Source: Podospora anserina
Taxonomy: Eukaryota
Assembly: GCA_017654855.1 (NCBI GenBank)
Contig: CM030334.1
Location: 2,356,001-2,420,000 of the forward strand
Length of the DNA stretch: 64,000 nt
Direction: 5' to 3'
Below are positions 62,072 to 64,000 of the stretch, in pieces. Numbering within the stretch: the stretch's first letter is position 1; each line of letters starts with the position of its first letter. A program made the translations under genes and the position numbers. The notes under the pieces were generated by a model that saw only the letters and a list, made by a program, of their open reading frames with translations, was not told the origin of the DNA and searched no databases.

Positions 62072-64000
62072 TGTGACGCGGTTGTCGGCAGATAAGCTCT
62101 GCTCGGGGCTGATCGGGACGAGGAGAAATAAAGGTGATCAGTAGGGCGCGGAGTGATCAAGTGATGCTTAGGTAGATATGGTTGTAGGTGGTGAACCAAA
62201 GCTAGGTGGGCGGACGCGGCCTCAAAGGTTGTTTTGTTGTGACGACCTTATTAATAGGTGAGGTGGCGGTGATGCGGTGTTGGCGACCACAAAAACCGAG
62301 AGAGAATTAGGGTGTAGAGAGGAGAGTTGAGTTTGGACTCGAGGGAGAGCGAGACCTCACGTCGAAGGGAGAGTTAAAAAGGGCCTTCAAGCGTGAAGCA
62401 AAAAGAGGAAAGAGAGGGGGGAGGGAAGCGGGCAGTCCAAGTATTTCAACCTTTCCAACAACGCCGCGAACCACGAGCGACCTTTCCCGGCCCTGATCAA
62501 AGCTTCCTTGCCCGCTACAAGCTGCGCTACCGTGGGCACAGTACGGAATTGCACGTCCAAGCGAAGGTACCCAGGTACCACCTACTGGACTGGTGGAACC
62601 TTCACCCGCTCACCCACTCATCACCCACCCACCCACACTCCATTGCTCCTCCAAAATCCATCCATCCCATCAATCAATCCACTCCAACTCGCCCACTCGT
62701 CAAACCCGCTCTTTTGCCTGCCCGCTGCTGCTGCGTGCCTGCCAGTCCAGTGCCCGTGCTCTGTTCCAGCTGCTTGCTGCTGCTGCGATTACCGCTTCTT
62801 TCTACCTTCAGTTCCAGGTTTCCCCGACTCGCTCTTTGCCTCCTTCCCCGTCCTTCCATTGGGATGAATGCCTTACACTGTGTGTGCCCCCGACCCTAGA
62901 CTGTGCGCTACTGGGCGTTCCTGCAGCATCGGCGCGTGGTCGGCGTTCTGCCGTCCCAATTGGCACTGTCCTTGTCTGCTCTGCCAGTCCTGCTTTCCTC
63001 TTCCTCCGAGACCCCAAGCAACCAAGCAACGGGCATCGCAACCCACAGCAACCACTTGCTACCCTGGTCCTTGAAAACAGTGGGTCGCGCAACTGCAGGT
63101 CACAATCAACAGCGAGGTACCTGGGGTGCGCAATCTGGCCTTGTACCGGCTCCCCACTCTTGTCTGTCCTAGCCCGCCGAGGATGCCGCCATTGCCTGGG
63201 TCCTCGGTACCTTGTCGTGACTCCACTGCCAGGTACCTCCGTCATCCATTCACAGGCCTTGCGTGCGGGATTTTCTGGCTGTGCCTCTGTGGTTCTGAGA
63301 AGCTCTCTGCTTCTGGCAACGAGCTCTCAATGAGCAGAAAAGATGCAGGCATTCAGAAAGGCAAAAAGAGCTGCAAATGCGCGCTTATAGTGAGCCACGC
63401 CCATTAATTCCCTCGCCGCAAGCTGGTACGGCCTGTCCAGAATCCAATTGACACCATGCGCTCCCCGCGACGGCGCTGCCATGCACTGAAAAATCAGATG
63501 AAGAGGGCGAGGCCCGGGGTTGTCAGCGGCGCTCGAGACCTCGTTCGCCAGGCATGAGAAACTGCGAACCGACAAGCTTTGGGGTGTTGGCTGCCCCGTC
63601 ATGGGTCGCCAACCTGGGCCCCCCATGCCCGCCCAGTCGCAATCGGTTTGGCCTGCTCGTCTGACCACTCAGAGAGCGCCTTGTCCTGTGATTGGCCTTA
63701 TCTCACTGGTCGGACCAAGAAACAGAGAGAGAGAACGATTGATGAGAAGCATCACATCACAAGGCGATCAGAAGGACGGGCTTCGGCTTCGAAACCGAAA
63801 ATCCCACCGGTACCCGGCGGCGAGGTATCTTGATGGTTCCTGTGCTCATCCTCGCCCCTCGCCTTCGTCCCTTTTTCGCGGGCAGAAGCCAGCCGGCTCT
63901 TCTCGGTGCGGTGGGGGACCATCCCGGTGAGGAAGGCGATGGAGCCGGGAAGGCTTTCCATGCTCTGCTCACCGGGCGATGGGGCAATCGACGAGCCATT

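Noticed and set aside
1..64000. Transposons, RIP-degraded repeats, rRNA/5S, snRNA, CRISPR
   Set aside because: No transposase/RT motifs, AT-rich RIP blocks, RNA gene signatures or spaced repeats seen

Overview
Eukaryotic DNA from a filamentous ascomycete (Sordariales; Podospora-like by intron style and composition, organism not verifiable here). It is a gene-dense core-genome region with about 18 mostly intron-containing genes: a Myb TF, tubulin cofactor B, a TM-RING-H2 ligase, a multi-TM protein, an FAD-binding oxidase, a secreted cupredoxin, SMN, a DnaQ-like exonuclease, an FGGY kinase, Nic96, SERF, a 4-TM protein, the YHM2-CIT1-NRD1 cluster, a bZIP TF, a WDR21/DCAF4-like protein and PMA1. 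I could not support any transposon, tRNA, rRNA or CRISPR array. The unusual signals are at the RNA-processing and translation level: a probable GUG start for the Myb factor, a heavily base-paired 482-nt intron in the cofactor B gene, long hairpins in other over-long introns, two GC-AG introns (one in SMN, one splitting a start codon), a 3-nt microexon, and a 210-codon ORF inside a predicted 5'UTR intron. Splice models and RNA helices were derived by hand and are unverified.
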